From the human T2T-CHM13v2.0 reference genome, Homo sapiens, in the NCBI RefSeq assembly GCF_009914755.1, contig NC_060938.1: 64,000 bases of DNA, one strand, 5' to 3'. Under the pieces are notes generated by a model. It did no database searches, was not told the DNA's origin, and worked only from the letters and a program-made list of their open reading frames with translations. A program made the position numbers and the translations under genes. This document shows positions 13,217-25,683 of this stretch, one piece after another; positions within the stretch are counted from its first letter, which is position 1; every line of letters begins with the position of its first letter.

Positions 13217-15500
13217 GTAGTCCTAGCCCTGGGGTCACAAATTTATCTGAGGCCAAGGAAACTCAGGTTTACTTTACTGATGAATGATATTTATAAACCA
13301 ATATCTCTGTCCCAGCTGTGGTTATTGCTACTTAAATAGCATGGTTCCTAGGTCCCTTCAGCAAGCAGAGAACAGAAAAATTAAATCATTGGCTCAGCCC
13401 AATATATGGGAAAATTTCTAATTCAGCGCAACAGTTTCTTTTCTTTTCTATTTTTTTTTTTTTTTTTGGTATTTCCCAATTCTGTGTTGTACCTTCTTTC
13501 TCCAATAGGGAGGGCCCTGACTGCCAACATCTCAATATTTACTTAATTAGCTTAATTCTACAAAACAAATAAAATAGCTTCAGAATGGCAACACTCATCT
13601 ATCAAAAAAAAAGTTCCAAACTAGTTAGAGTTTTAGATTAGTTTGCATTTATTTTTACTTGTGAATGACAATATATAATGAAATTAAGGTTTTCAAGAGT
13701 TCCTGTAACACTTTTTTTTCCTTGAATGTGGTTGTAATTAATCATTTGAAGTAAAGCTAAATCCAATATTAGTTTTTCCCACATATTTGTTGATTTAATC
13801 TTATTTTTTGAATATATAAAACATTAATATCTTGCCAAAACTCAATAGCATGCAAAATTATGCTAATCATGTAATATTATCTTATCTTTTATACTCTAGT
13901 TTTATGTAGACCCTGTAGCTAACCAAATTCATTAATTTCTTCCTTATCCTTCTTGAGTCTCTTTGCAAAGTAAATGCTATCTTTCTTACTTTTTAAATCT
14001 TCACAAAAAAACATTATATATATTATTGTATATTAATATCATATATACTTTGCTGGGCTTTTTCAGTGTAAAAATAAATCCTGGTAATCTGTCCATTTCA
14101 CTTCATGCAGATCTTTCTCATTTTTTCTACAAAGCCATAGTACTTAATTGTACGTCAAACCAAAGTTTTTCAAACAGTTCCTTATGAATGGGCATTTAGA
14201 TCACTTTCAATATTTTTCCATTAAAAATATCAATTGCCATGGATAACTTATGTATATGTACTTTTGTATAGTTGAAAGCATAGCTTAGGGGTAAATACCT
14301 AGAATGGGAATTCCTCAATTAACAAAGAAATACCTATGTGATTTTATAGTTTGTCATATATCAAATTCTCTTACATGGGTTGAATTTGAACTTCTCCTAT
14401 TATTAGTAAAGATGAGTAACTTTTCACCAGGTCATTTTTACAGATATTTTTAAATGAATGCACTGTTTATGTCTTTTGCCCATGTTCATTTTCCGCAAAA
14501 TTTTTACTTTATATTGTTTCTTTATTTTAAAGGTTTGTTATATGTTAGGCATATGGCCCTTTCTATAGTATGTCTTATAAATATTTTCTCTCAGATATAC
14601 CTAAAGATATTTTCACCAGGCAAATATTTTAATCATTATTTTTAATCAAGCTAAGAGTATCAATCTTTTGTTGCATATGGTTTCAAGTTGTATGTATAAA
14701 GCCTATTTTCATACTCAATTTATAGAGTAATTAGTCCTAGATTTTTTCCAAATATTTGTATGACTTTATGCTTAACATTTAGATTTCTTATCTTTTTGTA
14801 AATGTTCTTGTGTACAATCCAATCTTATCCATTTTTCCCATATGGCTTTCCATTTTCTGAACCTATATTTTTAAAAGTTTGCCTTTGCCTATTGATGCAA
14901 AATGCCACATTTATCATATATGAAACTTCCTTATGGACTAGATTAATTCTATATGTTCAATTAGGTTCTACTGATATTTCTATGTATGCATGTGCCAATA
15001 TATCACTGTTTTAATTATAGTAGTTCTTTACTATGACTTAATATTAATAGGACTAAACTTCCCTTTGGAAATCTATGTTTTTTATTTTACTATTTTCTAA
15101 AGTTTTTTTATAATGGCAATTTAAGTTTCAATTAATCTGGCTTTAGTAAAATACATTGCTGATACTGTTTTTAGGATAATGTTAGATTTAGAAATCAAAT
15201 TAGAAAAACTTGTGCTCTTTTTTGTAAGTTTGGAATTGGCCAAAAATAAGAGATGCATTACTGTTTTTCTTTTCTCAAGTGTAATGTTGCATCTGTTAGG
15301 ATTATTTTAAAATTTTCCTCATTTGGGTTTTGCAAAATTCTTAAATTTATAGCTAAGAATTGTATCTTTTTTGCTGTTTTTAATAAATGTTCCTCTCGTA
15401 ATTTTAGCTTTATAATGTGAATCTTCTGCTGTATTATTCACAAAAATTCATAACTGCTTTATAGTCTTTGAGAATCGTCTTTAAAATTGTTATATTTAAT
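12090..15500 (-). mobile_element. Ancient L1M (L1MC/L1ME) 3' UTR and ORF2 3' fragments
   Basis: T-rich strand with TTGAAGAGTACAGTCCAGTTGTTTTGTAAAATG, GAATGGGCATTTAGATCACTTTCAAT, GTAAATACCTAGAATGGGAATT, GTCTTTTGCCCATGTT. Confidence 0.75.
13182..13208. repeat. (TA)n microsatellite
   Basis: Directly visible. Confidence 0.95.
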
Positions 15501-15769
15501 GCTTTTTAACATATATTTTATTTTATCTAATTTTAGAATTTGAATCTTTTTACTTATTATTTCCACCGGTTGGTATATCTTAATCCCTCTCCCCCACTCC
15601 CCCTGCCCCCGTTTTGACTCAGGTCAGCCAATTGCACTTTATTTAAAGCATAGAATAAGGTCTCCTTTTTATGAGTCAATAGGAATTTTGCTCTTTTTGT
15701 TGTTATGCAAGGGAAGCCTATTCACATTTTTAAATAAACCATATGTTTGGGTCTCAAATAAGTTTTATT

Positions 15770-16200
15770 TTTGTTTCAGTTCTCTAAGGATTTACATATA
15801 TATAAATATGTACAGTTTAAGATTAATGAACAGTCATGCAAACACCAATACTAGGTCAAGAAATTAAATAACAAAAACACTCATAAGTTCCCTGTGTGCC
15901 CTTCCTTGATGACAATTTTATTATCTCTTCCCAAATGAACCACAGCCCTGAATTTTGTGATACTCATTTTTCATAGTTTCCTTACTCCTAAATGCATTCT
16001 GAACCAATAGTTTAGATTTTTTATTTTAATGTTTGTAAACTTTACTTTCCCAATAATATACTTTGAAAGTTTTAGAAATACAGAGTAGTTTTATGAATAG
16101 CAGCGAGTATCTCTGTATATTTCACCTAAACTAGTTGTTGAGAGTTGGCATCATTGTGTTATCAGATCCCCCTTCTTTCTCTTTCTTTCTCATTCTCTAT
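15770..16200 (-). mobile_element. L1ME/L1MC fragments
   Basis: CATGCAAACACCAATACTAGGTCAAGAAAT...TTCCCTGTGTGCCCTTCC...GAACCACAGCCCTGAATTTTG. Confidence 0.55.
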
Positions 16201-16259
16201 TTATTTTTGTTAAATTTTGTCCCTGGCTTCTTTGGCTTAAAGTTATAAACTACAACTTC

Positions 16260-16958
16260 TGAAACCACCTTTGCAAAATTATCACAGTAAGAGAACTCTG
16301 ACATAGTTGGCCCATCTTGCTTCTAACTTCCAAGCTGTCGTTTGTCATCCTTGGCACAAGCCAAACTAACTTGGGGAGAAATTTAGTTAATGCTTTAACC
16401 TTAAAGACAGGTTTATATTAGCCCTTCCCAAAACTAAACTGCCTTTGTAAAACTCATGAAAGTCCACAAAGTTAGGATTATGAAAGGGGCCTAAATTCTA
16501 CTAAGATGTAGGCATAGTTACATGAGAAGATAATCAGCCATTTTTCTGGAGATCACCAGATTTGAAACTTCCCCAACTACTCCCGTAGATAATATCACTA
16601 CTATAGAACCTAAGATTGCCTTTTTGAGATGTCTTTTTAGACTTTTTATTTGTGACAATTGACTAACTCCACCTGGACTTGTGATTTGTAACTCAACCAG
16701 TCTTGTGGCACCCCATCACACACCTGTGATGGCATCCCCAATGGATCAGCAGCACTAATTCCCTACCCACTTGTCTACCAAACTCTAATTGAAAACCCTT
16801 AACCTCTGAGCCTTCAGGGAGACTGATGTGAGAAATAAGTTCAGTTCTTTCTCATGGGCCAGACTCACATCAATTAAACTCGTTCTTTATTGCAATGCCA
16901 TGATCATAGTGAATTGGTTTTGTCTGTTCAGGCAGGAAGAACCCATCTGGTGATTATA
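16260..16958 (+). mobile_element. ERV1 solo LTR, LTR8A/8B-like
   Basis: TGAAACCACCTTTGCAAAATTAT start, CCATCTTGCTTCTAAC; 4-bp TSD CTTC at 16256-16259 and 16959-16962. Confidence 0.9.
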
Positions 16959-18084
16959 CTTCTTCAGTAATTAAGAGATTACTTCTGTAGTTGGTCTCTC
17001 AAATAAGTATAGTACATATGGCATTTTTTCCTTCTACAGTGTAGTCTACACTTGTAAAACCATATGCTGTGAAACCAAAAATTATCACATTGGAATTGAT
17101 TTCATTATATTAATACATTTGTTTTATTCAGGATATGTATTTTTTTCCTTTGATAACTGTTGACATTATGCATGACCTACAGCATTTACACGGATAGATT
17201 TTGTGATCTAGACCATAATATTTCTCTTTGTTAATCATATGTCCATATTGTTCCTAATATTGGCTTATGGATGTGAAAGGAAGATGTCTGAAAGAGAAAT
17301 TTTAGTAAAACATGAATTAACTTGTTTCTGTCATATTTCTGAAAGGATTCTAGAGTAGCAAAGTAGAGAAAAACCTTCATCAAAATATCATTCCAAATTG
17401 AGATGGAACAATACACCCATATCAAGGAATCTTATTAATTTGCTCTAAAGTTCTAGGAGTATTCAAAATTTATTGTCATTTCACTAGAATTCAGGTATCC
17501 AACATATGGTCTGAAACTAATCAGCAGCCTAGTTGAAAATTCTACTGTATAACATGTGTGAAACTGTAAACAAATATAAAACTTACCTAGTTAGTTAGCA
17601 CAGGGTCCCCAAAGCTACCTGCTACCAACTGCTCAGAAATTTTGGGCTAAATTTATCTGAATTAGATTAACTATTAATTAAGTTTAAATGTGCGTGTAAC
17701 TCATTATGTAATGAAAAGGTTTACACATTTTCTTTCAGTAACACATTAGCACAAAAAGGCTTTTAAGGATTAGTGACAAAAATACATTTGAATATATTGG
17801 TCATGCATTCTTTCAGTACCTTAACCGGTACTCTCAAAAGATCAAACTCAATTATTTTACCACTATTACCAATTAAAAATTTCACGAAGTCCATTCATTA
17901 TGGTTATTAATTATACAATACTTCTTAGAAAAAAGAAAACTAAGATATATCAAAAGCATATACTTATGTAATTCACTCAAGGAGGATAATGTCTATCAAG
18001 ACCTCTTCTTTGCACATTCAATCACATGCTAACTATGCTGAAGACTTAAAATGTGAGAAAAGAGAATCAGAAAAATATACAATG

Positions 18085-18630
18085 GATGAGGGCCAGGACA
18101 TGCTATCCCCAAATGTGGCATCTGTTTGAGAAAACAGCAGATGCAAGGAAGTCACTCTTACCTTCCCCTGTTCTCCCCTGATACAGGTTAAAAAAAATCT
18201 AAGGAAGGTCACTCTCAGGCCTCCTGTCCTTTTCCCCTAAACCAAATCATAAGATTGTCATTCAAGAGGTTCACTCTATATGCCCAGTAGAAAGGGGCCA
18301 AAGACACAGAGACTCAAGGACATTCTGAATAAACAGGCTTTGCTGTTTCCCCTGGTTTATTACTAGTATTACTAGTATATTGTACTCTTTTGTTCTCCAA
18401 TAATATTTCTTCATGCCTGCCCACTTTTCATCAAACCTATACATAAAAATACACAAATTTCTCTGTTTCTTTGAGTCTTCATTTCCTGTTGAAGGCTCCT
18501 TTGCCACATAAAGCTTATATTAAATACATTTGTATGTTTTCATATTATTATTCATCTGTCTTATGTTACAGGGGCCTTAGACCTGCCCCTAGTGATAGGT
18601 AAAGAAAGAAATTTCTTTTTGACCTATACA
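18085..18630 (+). mobile_element. ERV1 solo LTR, MER31/MER34-group-like
   Basis: ATGCTATCCCCAAATGTGGCATC...GAGAAAACAGCAGATGCAAGGAAGTCACTC...AAGCTTATATTAAATACATTTGTATG...CCTATACA. Confidence 0.75.
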
Positions 18631-18989
18631 ATGTTATGGAAATTAGAATAAAATATCTTACTAAGACAGCTATTTCAATTTGTGAATATAAATCTATCAT
18701 AAAGTCTAAAGAAATATTAAGGCCATTGTCTATATTAAATAGCAGTAAAAAAAATGGCTTAATCTTGGTAACCCAAATAAATAACCTCATGGATTTTAAA
18801 TACTTGTTAACTGAAATTGAACAACTCAGCAAGTCTTAAGTTCTCAGTCTTCAAATCCAGGTGAAGGGAATTTAATATAAAGTGCTTACAATGTATTAGG
18901 CACTTTTCTTGATAGTTTATAAAGTTTTACAAATTTTAATAATCACAAAATATCTGTTATAATTTTATGGCTTATGGATATAAGTACAA

Positions 18990-20480
18990 AATTCTACCAC
19001 TGGCAGCGTTGCAAAATGAGTAATCCAAAAATCCCATGCAAAATATCTAGAAATGCTGAATTAAATTGATGATTTTTTAAATTCTGTAGCTGAATTACCA
19101 AGGAATAAAGATCACAAAAGCTGGACACAAAGAGGAAATCTGAAGCAGGAACAGTAAAAAGAGTTAAGTCCTGGCGGATTTGAGGTGAGGTTGCCTATTA
19201 CAATGTCGCAGGGGCAACTATTTCCCATTATCTTGTAATTACAGGAGAGGAAGTCTTGAGTGGAAGGTAGTTAGAAAATAGAAAATGAGTTTTCCACTTA
19301 GGACAGGGGCTTTGTTTCTGAATAAAGGGTACACATATTTATTAAAAACAGGCTACCACAGACAAATAGATGTCTCTCAGTGGCAAAAAAATGTGGACAA
19401 AGCAGACTGATCTGATTTTTACTAGGAATTCAAAAGCCTCCTTTGAGAATTTCTAACCATAGATTTTCCTTAGGTGTTTTTGGAGCTTAAATTGATAGCC
19501 CAATATAATGAATTAACGTGGAATATTTCCCTGAACTACGATATCCACCCAGGTGATAGGAAGATGGAAACACAAACTTGTTGAGAAAGGACAGACCCTT
19601 AAATCTTAAGGAAACATCTGATTTCCATATTAAAATGAATTCAAACTCTAAAATGACAAATTTCAAATAAAAATAACCTACCGTGAGTAGAATTAGCAGA
19701 AATAAATGTATCAGAATTTGGCTTCTAAATATAATCTACATCTAATAAAATTTTTATACAGAGATAATAGGGAGCAAATAATTAATGAAGATAATTTATA
19801 ATTATAAAACATTCATTTCTTCATGAAGACACAATAATTCTAGATACATAAATACTTACTAGTGTTGTTTTCAAAATATATTAGGGAATAATGACTACCA
19901 GAAAAAATAACAAATCCATAGACATAGTTGGATATCATAACCAAGACTTGGCTAAAACAGTGATACGACAAGAAAAAAGATAAAGAGAAGGTACGTCCGT
20001 GAATAATTGCAGCAATAATATCAGATATCAAAAAGAAAATGCAGTTATCCAAAAATTAAAGAGGATGTTATTGAAAACTTTAAGCCTCTACATTCAAAAC
20101 TTTATATGAGAAGGAATAATTCTTAAAAACATAAGCCATAAAAACTGATTAAAAGAGAAATAGAAAACCAAATTATTCCTGCAACCATTGAAAATACAGA
20201 ACAATTTAATAAAAATAGCTTTCTACGAAGAAAACTCTAGGACTTGAAGCAGGCCTGCAAGGCTTTATTTGAAATTGTTGTACCATAACGAAAGAAGACA
20301 TGTTATTACTCATATACAAACTATTCCAGAAAATTAAAAATGAGAAATTTTTTTATCTCATTGTGTAATACAAGAGCATCCTTGATATCAAAACTCAACA
20401 TAAGAATTATAGATACAATATTTCTAAAAACCAAAATAAAAGTTTACAAACTGTATCTTGATACTAATAAAAATGACAAA
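18990..20480 (+). mobile_element. Ancient L1M 5' region and ORF2 fragments
   Basis: A-rich strand; remnants of ...EEIENLN...KKTLG...KLFQKIK...SILDIK. Confidence 0.6.
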
Positions 20481-22353
20481 AAGCAATAGAGTTGATTTAA
20501 GTGATACTAAAAATTTTTCCTATGAAAGTGTATATTGCTTCATAATGTGCTATTGGTAAACTACAGAAAAATGGCATAGAGATTATTTTGAAATAAGGTC
20601 TGGTTGAAAGACAATATAGGAGATTTCAATAATTGCAAAGTATGAAGAAAGGCTTAGTAAAATTGTAACTGAATTTGTAAGTGGAAAAAATAGTTTAATT
20701 TTTGTTCTAGCTATAACTAAAGGACAATGTGCCTTTAAATAAATGTTAAATTTGTGTAAATATTAATGCTTTTTAAATATAATTTTGATATTTCACTTTC
20801 CAAGTGTGTGTTGTGTGTTTATGTCAAGGTTTAATTTCTGTCCTTTTTAGAGTTTACATCTTATAAAGCAAGGAGGGTTCAGATTTGCAGTCATATTGTG
20901 GTGAACTTGAGGAAAAAAATGACTAAAAAATAATTTTAAGCTTTCTTCCTATTTCTTGTGTGAATTATTGCCCATCAGAAGAAATAGAAAAAAATAACTC
21001 ACAATACTGCTAATATAAAATAGAAACATTCTGCACTTTATACTATTATTGTAAATGTAATTTTGTGTTGAATTATTTTTATTTTTACTACAAAATTATA
21101 AAATCTCAACTGGATACTATAACTACAGTTTAATTTTAATTTTTGGTTGCTGAATTTTCACGAGAATAAGACAATGTGATTGTAATGTTTTATATACTCT
21201 GCAAATTGTAGCAGGTTATTATGCTGATATTTTCAATTATATCTAAATTTGATTGTTCAGCAAATTTGCACCTTTCATTTGCAATGCTAATATCCTAAAA
21301 ATTTGCAATCAGAAAATCCTGAAAATAACATGACAATGTGTATATTCTTTCTCAATCTACCTGGCTGTCAGTAACTATTTATGTTTAAACATAGCTAACA
21401 TACATAAAAAAGAAAACAAAACACAGACCTCTGAAAGCTTGCTTGGTTTTGAAAAAATATATGGAAGTTATTAAATTACACTATATTGGGGACATAAAAT
21501 CTATTCTTCTAGTGCTGGGTTCAGTCACAATGACTTTGAATACAAACATACCAGGTGACAGTATGTGTGTGTTTGTGTCTCTGTTTGAGTGTGTACTTTA
21601 TTATACAATAATCAATAGCATCAATCATATCTAGTCATTGTTAAAACATATGTCTATTTTTATAATTTTAAATCAATTAATGAACTCTCAGCATATAAAC
21701 AGAAGACATTTAAAGTTGGTATTTTAAAAATCTAAAGTATAATATACACTTGGTAATATATCCAAATAGCACAAAAGCATATAATAAATGTTATTCAGCC
21801 CATCTAAAGACTAAGAGTTCAGAGAATTTTTTCCTTACATTTTTTCAGAATTGTTGTATTCATGTGAAATAAATCTTTTAGAATTTCTTTGTAATTCTTT
21901 TGTAGTCTCAATATTTTATTTCTTATATTTCATGACAATATTGGTATTGAATTAAAATATAGAAACATAAAAAGTGCACAGTTTCAATTAAATTTTCACA
22001 GTGTGTGAACATACTTGGGTAACCCTACTTTGTTAAAGACACAGAATACTGCTATCATTTAGAAGATTGCTGTCCTAAAGCTCTGAGACAACAACCCATT
22101 TCTTTTATTTCACATTGAATATGTAATTTTTTCATTTTTCTTTAAATTATTAGTTCTTGACATTAGTCAATCTGTATGTTTTCAGCATTGTGTATTTTAG
22201 TATTTAATGTTATGTTTACATTTACCTGTGGTATTCAATAGTACCAATAGAAATAATAATGAAAGATTATTAAAATTTTTATATAAATTGGCTACTGAAT
22301 GGTAACCATTTCTTCTGGCAATTATTGTAAGACTTTCGTATGTGTGCGGTTTT

Positions 22354-23193
22354 TTTTCCCATAAGTTATTGGGGTAAAGGTGGTATTTGGTTACTTGAGT
22401 ACATTTTTTAGTGGTGACTTGTGAGATTGTGGTGCACTCATCACTCAAGCAGTATACACTGCACCATATTTGCAGTCTTTTATTCCTTGCCCCCCTCCCA
22501 CTCTTCTCCCCAAGTCCCCAAAGTCCACTGTATCATTCTTATGCCTTTGTGTCCGCAAAGTTTAGCTCCCACGTATCAGTGAGAACATACGATGTTTGGT
22601 TTCCCATTCCTGAGTTACTTCACTTGGAATAATAGTCTCCAATCTCATCCAGGTCACTGCAAATGCTGTTAATTCATTCCTTTTTATGGCTGCGTAGTAT
22701 TCCATTGTATATATACGTATATATAACACAGTTTCTTTAATCACTTGTTGATTGATGGGCATTTGAGTTGGTTCCAGGATTTTGCAATTGTAAATTGTCC
22801 TGCTATAAACATGTGTATGCAAGTATCTTTTTTTGAATAATGACTTCTTTCTCTCTGGGTAAATCCCAGTAGTGGGATTGCTGGATTAAATGGTAGTTCT
22901 ACTTTTAGTTCTTTAAGGAATCTCCACACTGTTTTCCTTAGCAGCTGTACGAGATTACATTCCCACCAGCAGTGTAGAGGTGTTTCCTGTTCACCACATC
23001 CTTGCCAACATCTACTGTTTTTTCATTTTTCGATTATGGTCATTCTTGCAGGAGAGAGGTAGTATCGCATTGTGGTTTTGATTTGTGTTTCCCTGATCAT
23101 TAGTGGTGCTGAGCATTTTTTCATATGTTCGTTGGCCATTTGTGTATCTTCGTTTGAGAATTGTTTATTCATGTCCTTCGCCCACTTTTTGAT
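22354..23193 (-). mobile_element. L1PB1, non-inverted 3' segment (3' UTR plus ORF2 C-terminus)
   Basis: TTTTCCCATAAGTTATTGGGGTAAAGGTGGTATTTGGTTAC 3' end; ORFs 22741-22929 and 23023-23214 give ORF2p C-terminal peptides ([19 protein letters not shown]). Confidence 0.92.
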
Positions 23194-23954
23194 AATATCA
23201 CCATCATTTTTCACAGAATTAGAAAAAAAACAATTCTAAAATTCATATGGAACCAAAAAAGAGCCCACATAGTCAAAGCAAGACTAAACAAAAAGAACAA
23301 ATCTGGAGACATCACACTACCTGATTTCAAACTATACTATATGCCCATAGTCACTAGAACAACATGTTACTGGTACAAAAATAGGCACATAGACCAGTCG
23401 AACAGAATAGAGAACCCAGAAATAAACCCAAATACTTCCAGCCAACTGATCTTCAACAAAGCAAAAACAAAAAAACAAAAAACAAAAAACAAAAACAAAA
23501 AACAAACAAACAAAAAAAACATAAAGTGGGGAAAGGACACCCTTTTCAACAAATGGTGCCGGGATAATTGGCTAGCCACATGTAGGAGAATGAAACTGGA
23601 TCCTCAACTCTCACCTTATACAAAAATCAACTCGAGATGGATTAAGGACTTAAATCTAAGACCTGAAACTATAAAAATTCTAGAAGTTAACATTGGAAAA
23701 ACCCTTCTAGTCATTGGTTTAGGCAAGGACTTCATGACCAAGAACCCAAAAGCAAATGCAATAAAAATACAGATAAATAGTTGGGACCTAATTAAACTAA
23801 AGAGCTTTTGCATAGCAAAAGGAACAGTCAGCAGAGTAAACAGACAACCCACAGAGTGGGAGAAAATCTTCACAATCTGTACATCTGACAAAAGACTAAT
23901 ATCCAGAATCTACAATGAACTCAAACAAATCAGTAAGAAAAAAACAAACAATCC
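23194..23954 (+). mobile_element. L1PB1, inverted 5' segment (ORF2 post-RT region)
   Basis: Encodes KFIWNQKRA...LPDFKLYY...[11 protein letters not shown]...EWEKIF...KKKTNNP; ends where the minus segment begins; degenerate TSD at 22339-22353 and 23955-23969. Confidence 0.92.
23462..23520. repeat. (A4-6C)n microsatellite expansion inside L1 ORF2
   Basis: CAAAAACAAAAAAACAAAAAACAAAAAAC... in place of GCAAACAAAAAC. Confidence 0.9.
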
Positions 23955-25380
23955 TGTGTGTGTGATTTTAAGAAAAATGTATTACCTAATTTGTAAACAG
24001 ACTATAACCATGCAACTATATAAGAGTTTATTTTTAGGTGAATATCAGAAAAGAAATGAGTACTTGGAAAACATTAACTTTGCTTTATTTTATCTTTCTT
24101 GTATAATACATATGATGTTTAATCAAGACTCTTTACCAACTTGTGAATACAAGTTTTGATACTCATCATAAATATATCTTTTCTCAGCATTTCAACACCT
24201 GGGGTGAATTATGATAATTAAGTACTATATTGTTATGTTTTTACTTTTCCTTTCCAGCCCCTACTGTGAAAATTCAATTTCCAGATGCTTTTTATGTTTA
24301 TAGTTTAAAGGTGTAAAAGAGATCTGCTTTTTCTAAGCTTTCAGGTTTGTCATATTAGAAATTCCTTTTACAGCACTCTTTCATTACTTTCTTATTTATC
24401 TAGCCAAATTAGGATGCGTATTTTTCAGGGAAAAGAAGAGGTTCTGCATTTATAGGTTGGGTTTAAATAAATACATTTTAATACTTTAATTCATTATCAT
24501 TAATATTTTTATGAGAAGATAAGCAAATAAAGTGTAATTTAAATAATATTAAATGTTGTCTGAAGACATAAAATTCAAATCTGTCATATGTACCCATAAA
24601 AATTAAAGATAAAAAAATCGGATCAAATTTTTATTTGATCAAATGAAGATAATTCCTTTCTAACATAAATATGGTACACATTAAATGAGATAAACAATGT
24701 AATGTGTTCTAAAAACTATATAGCTCTATATCAATATTATGTTTATATTGCTATTGCTGCAACGTTATTTTCTCTAGATACATATTCTTAGACTTGATTT
24801 TAAAATTTTTTTTTTTTGAATTTTAATAGCTTTCAGTGTAAAACTGGTTTTTGGTTACTTGGATGAATTTTACAGCAGTGAAGTCTGGGTTTTTGGTGCA
24901 CCTGTCACTCAAGTAATACATGTTGTACTCAGTAGGTAGTTTTTCCCTCACTCCCCCTTCCATCTTTCCCCTTCTGAGTCTCCACAGTCCTTTATATCTG
25001 TCTGTATGACTTTGTGTGCCCATAGCTTAGATCCCACTTATAAGTGAGAACATACGGTATTTGATTTTTTATTCCTGAGTTATTTCACTTAGAATAATGG
25101 CCTCCAGTTCCATCAAAGTTGCTACAAAATACATTATTTCATTCCTTTTTAAGTCTGAGTAGTTTTCCATGGTGTATATATATCACATTTATTTTATCCA
25201 CTCATTGTTCAATGGACACTTAGTTTGGTTCCATATCTTGGCAATTGTGAATTGTGCTGTAATTAAACGTATGCATGCAGGTATTTTTCTGATATAATGA
25301 CTTATTTTCCTCTGAGTAGATACCCAGTAGTGAAATTGCTGGATTGAATGGTAGATCTACCTTCACTTCAAGAAATCTCC

Positions 25381-25683
25381 GGCCGGGCGAGGTGGCTCAT
25401 GCCTGTAATCCCAGCAGTTGGGAGGCTGAGGCTGGTGGATCCGAGGTCAGGAGGTTGAGATCAGCTTGACCAGCATGGTGAAACCCCATCTCTACTAAAA
25501 ATACCAAAATTAGCTGGACATGGTGGTGCACACCTGTAATCCCAGCTACTCAGGAGGCTGAGGCAGGAGAATGGCTTGAACCCAGGAGGCAGAGGTTGCA
25601 GTAAGCCGAGATCGCGCCATTGCACTCTAGCTTGGGCGACAGAGAGAGACTCCATCTCAAAGAAAAAAAAAAAAGAAAAGAAA
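25381..25683 (+). mobile_element. AluS (Sg-like)
   Basis: GGCCGGGCG start, A tail; TSD AAGAAATCTCC / AAAAAGTCTCC. Confidence 0.97.

Noticed and set aside
17020-17135. Strong-looking acceptor TTTTTTCCTTCTACAG at 17040
   Set aside because: No convincing matching donor or open frame; isolated sites are common in T-rich DNA
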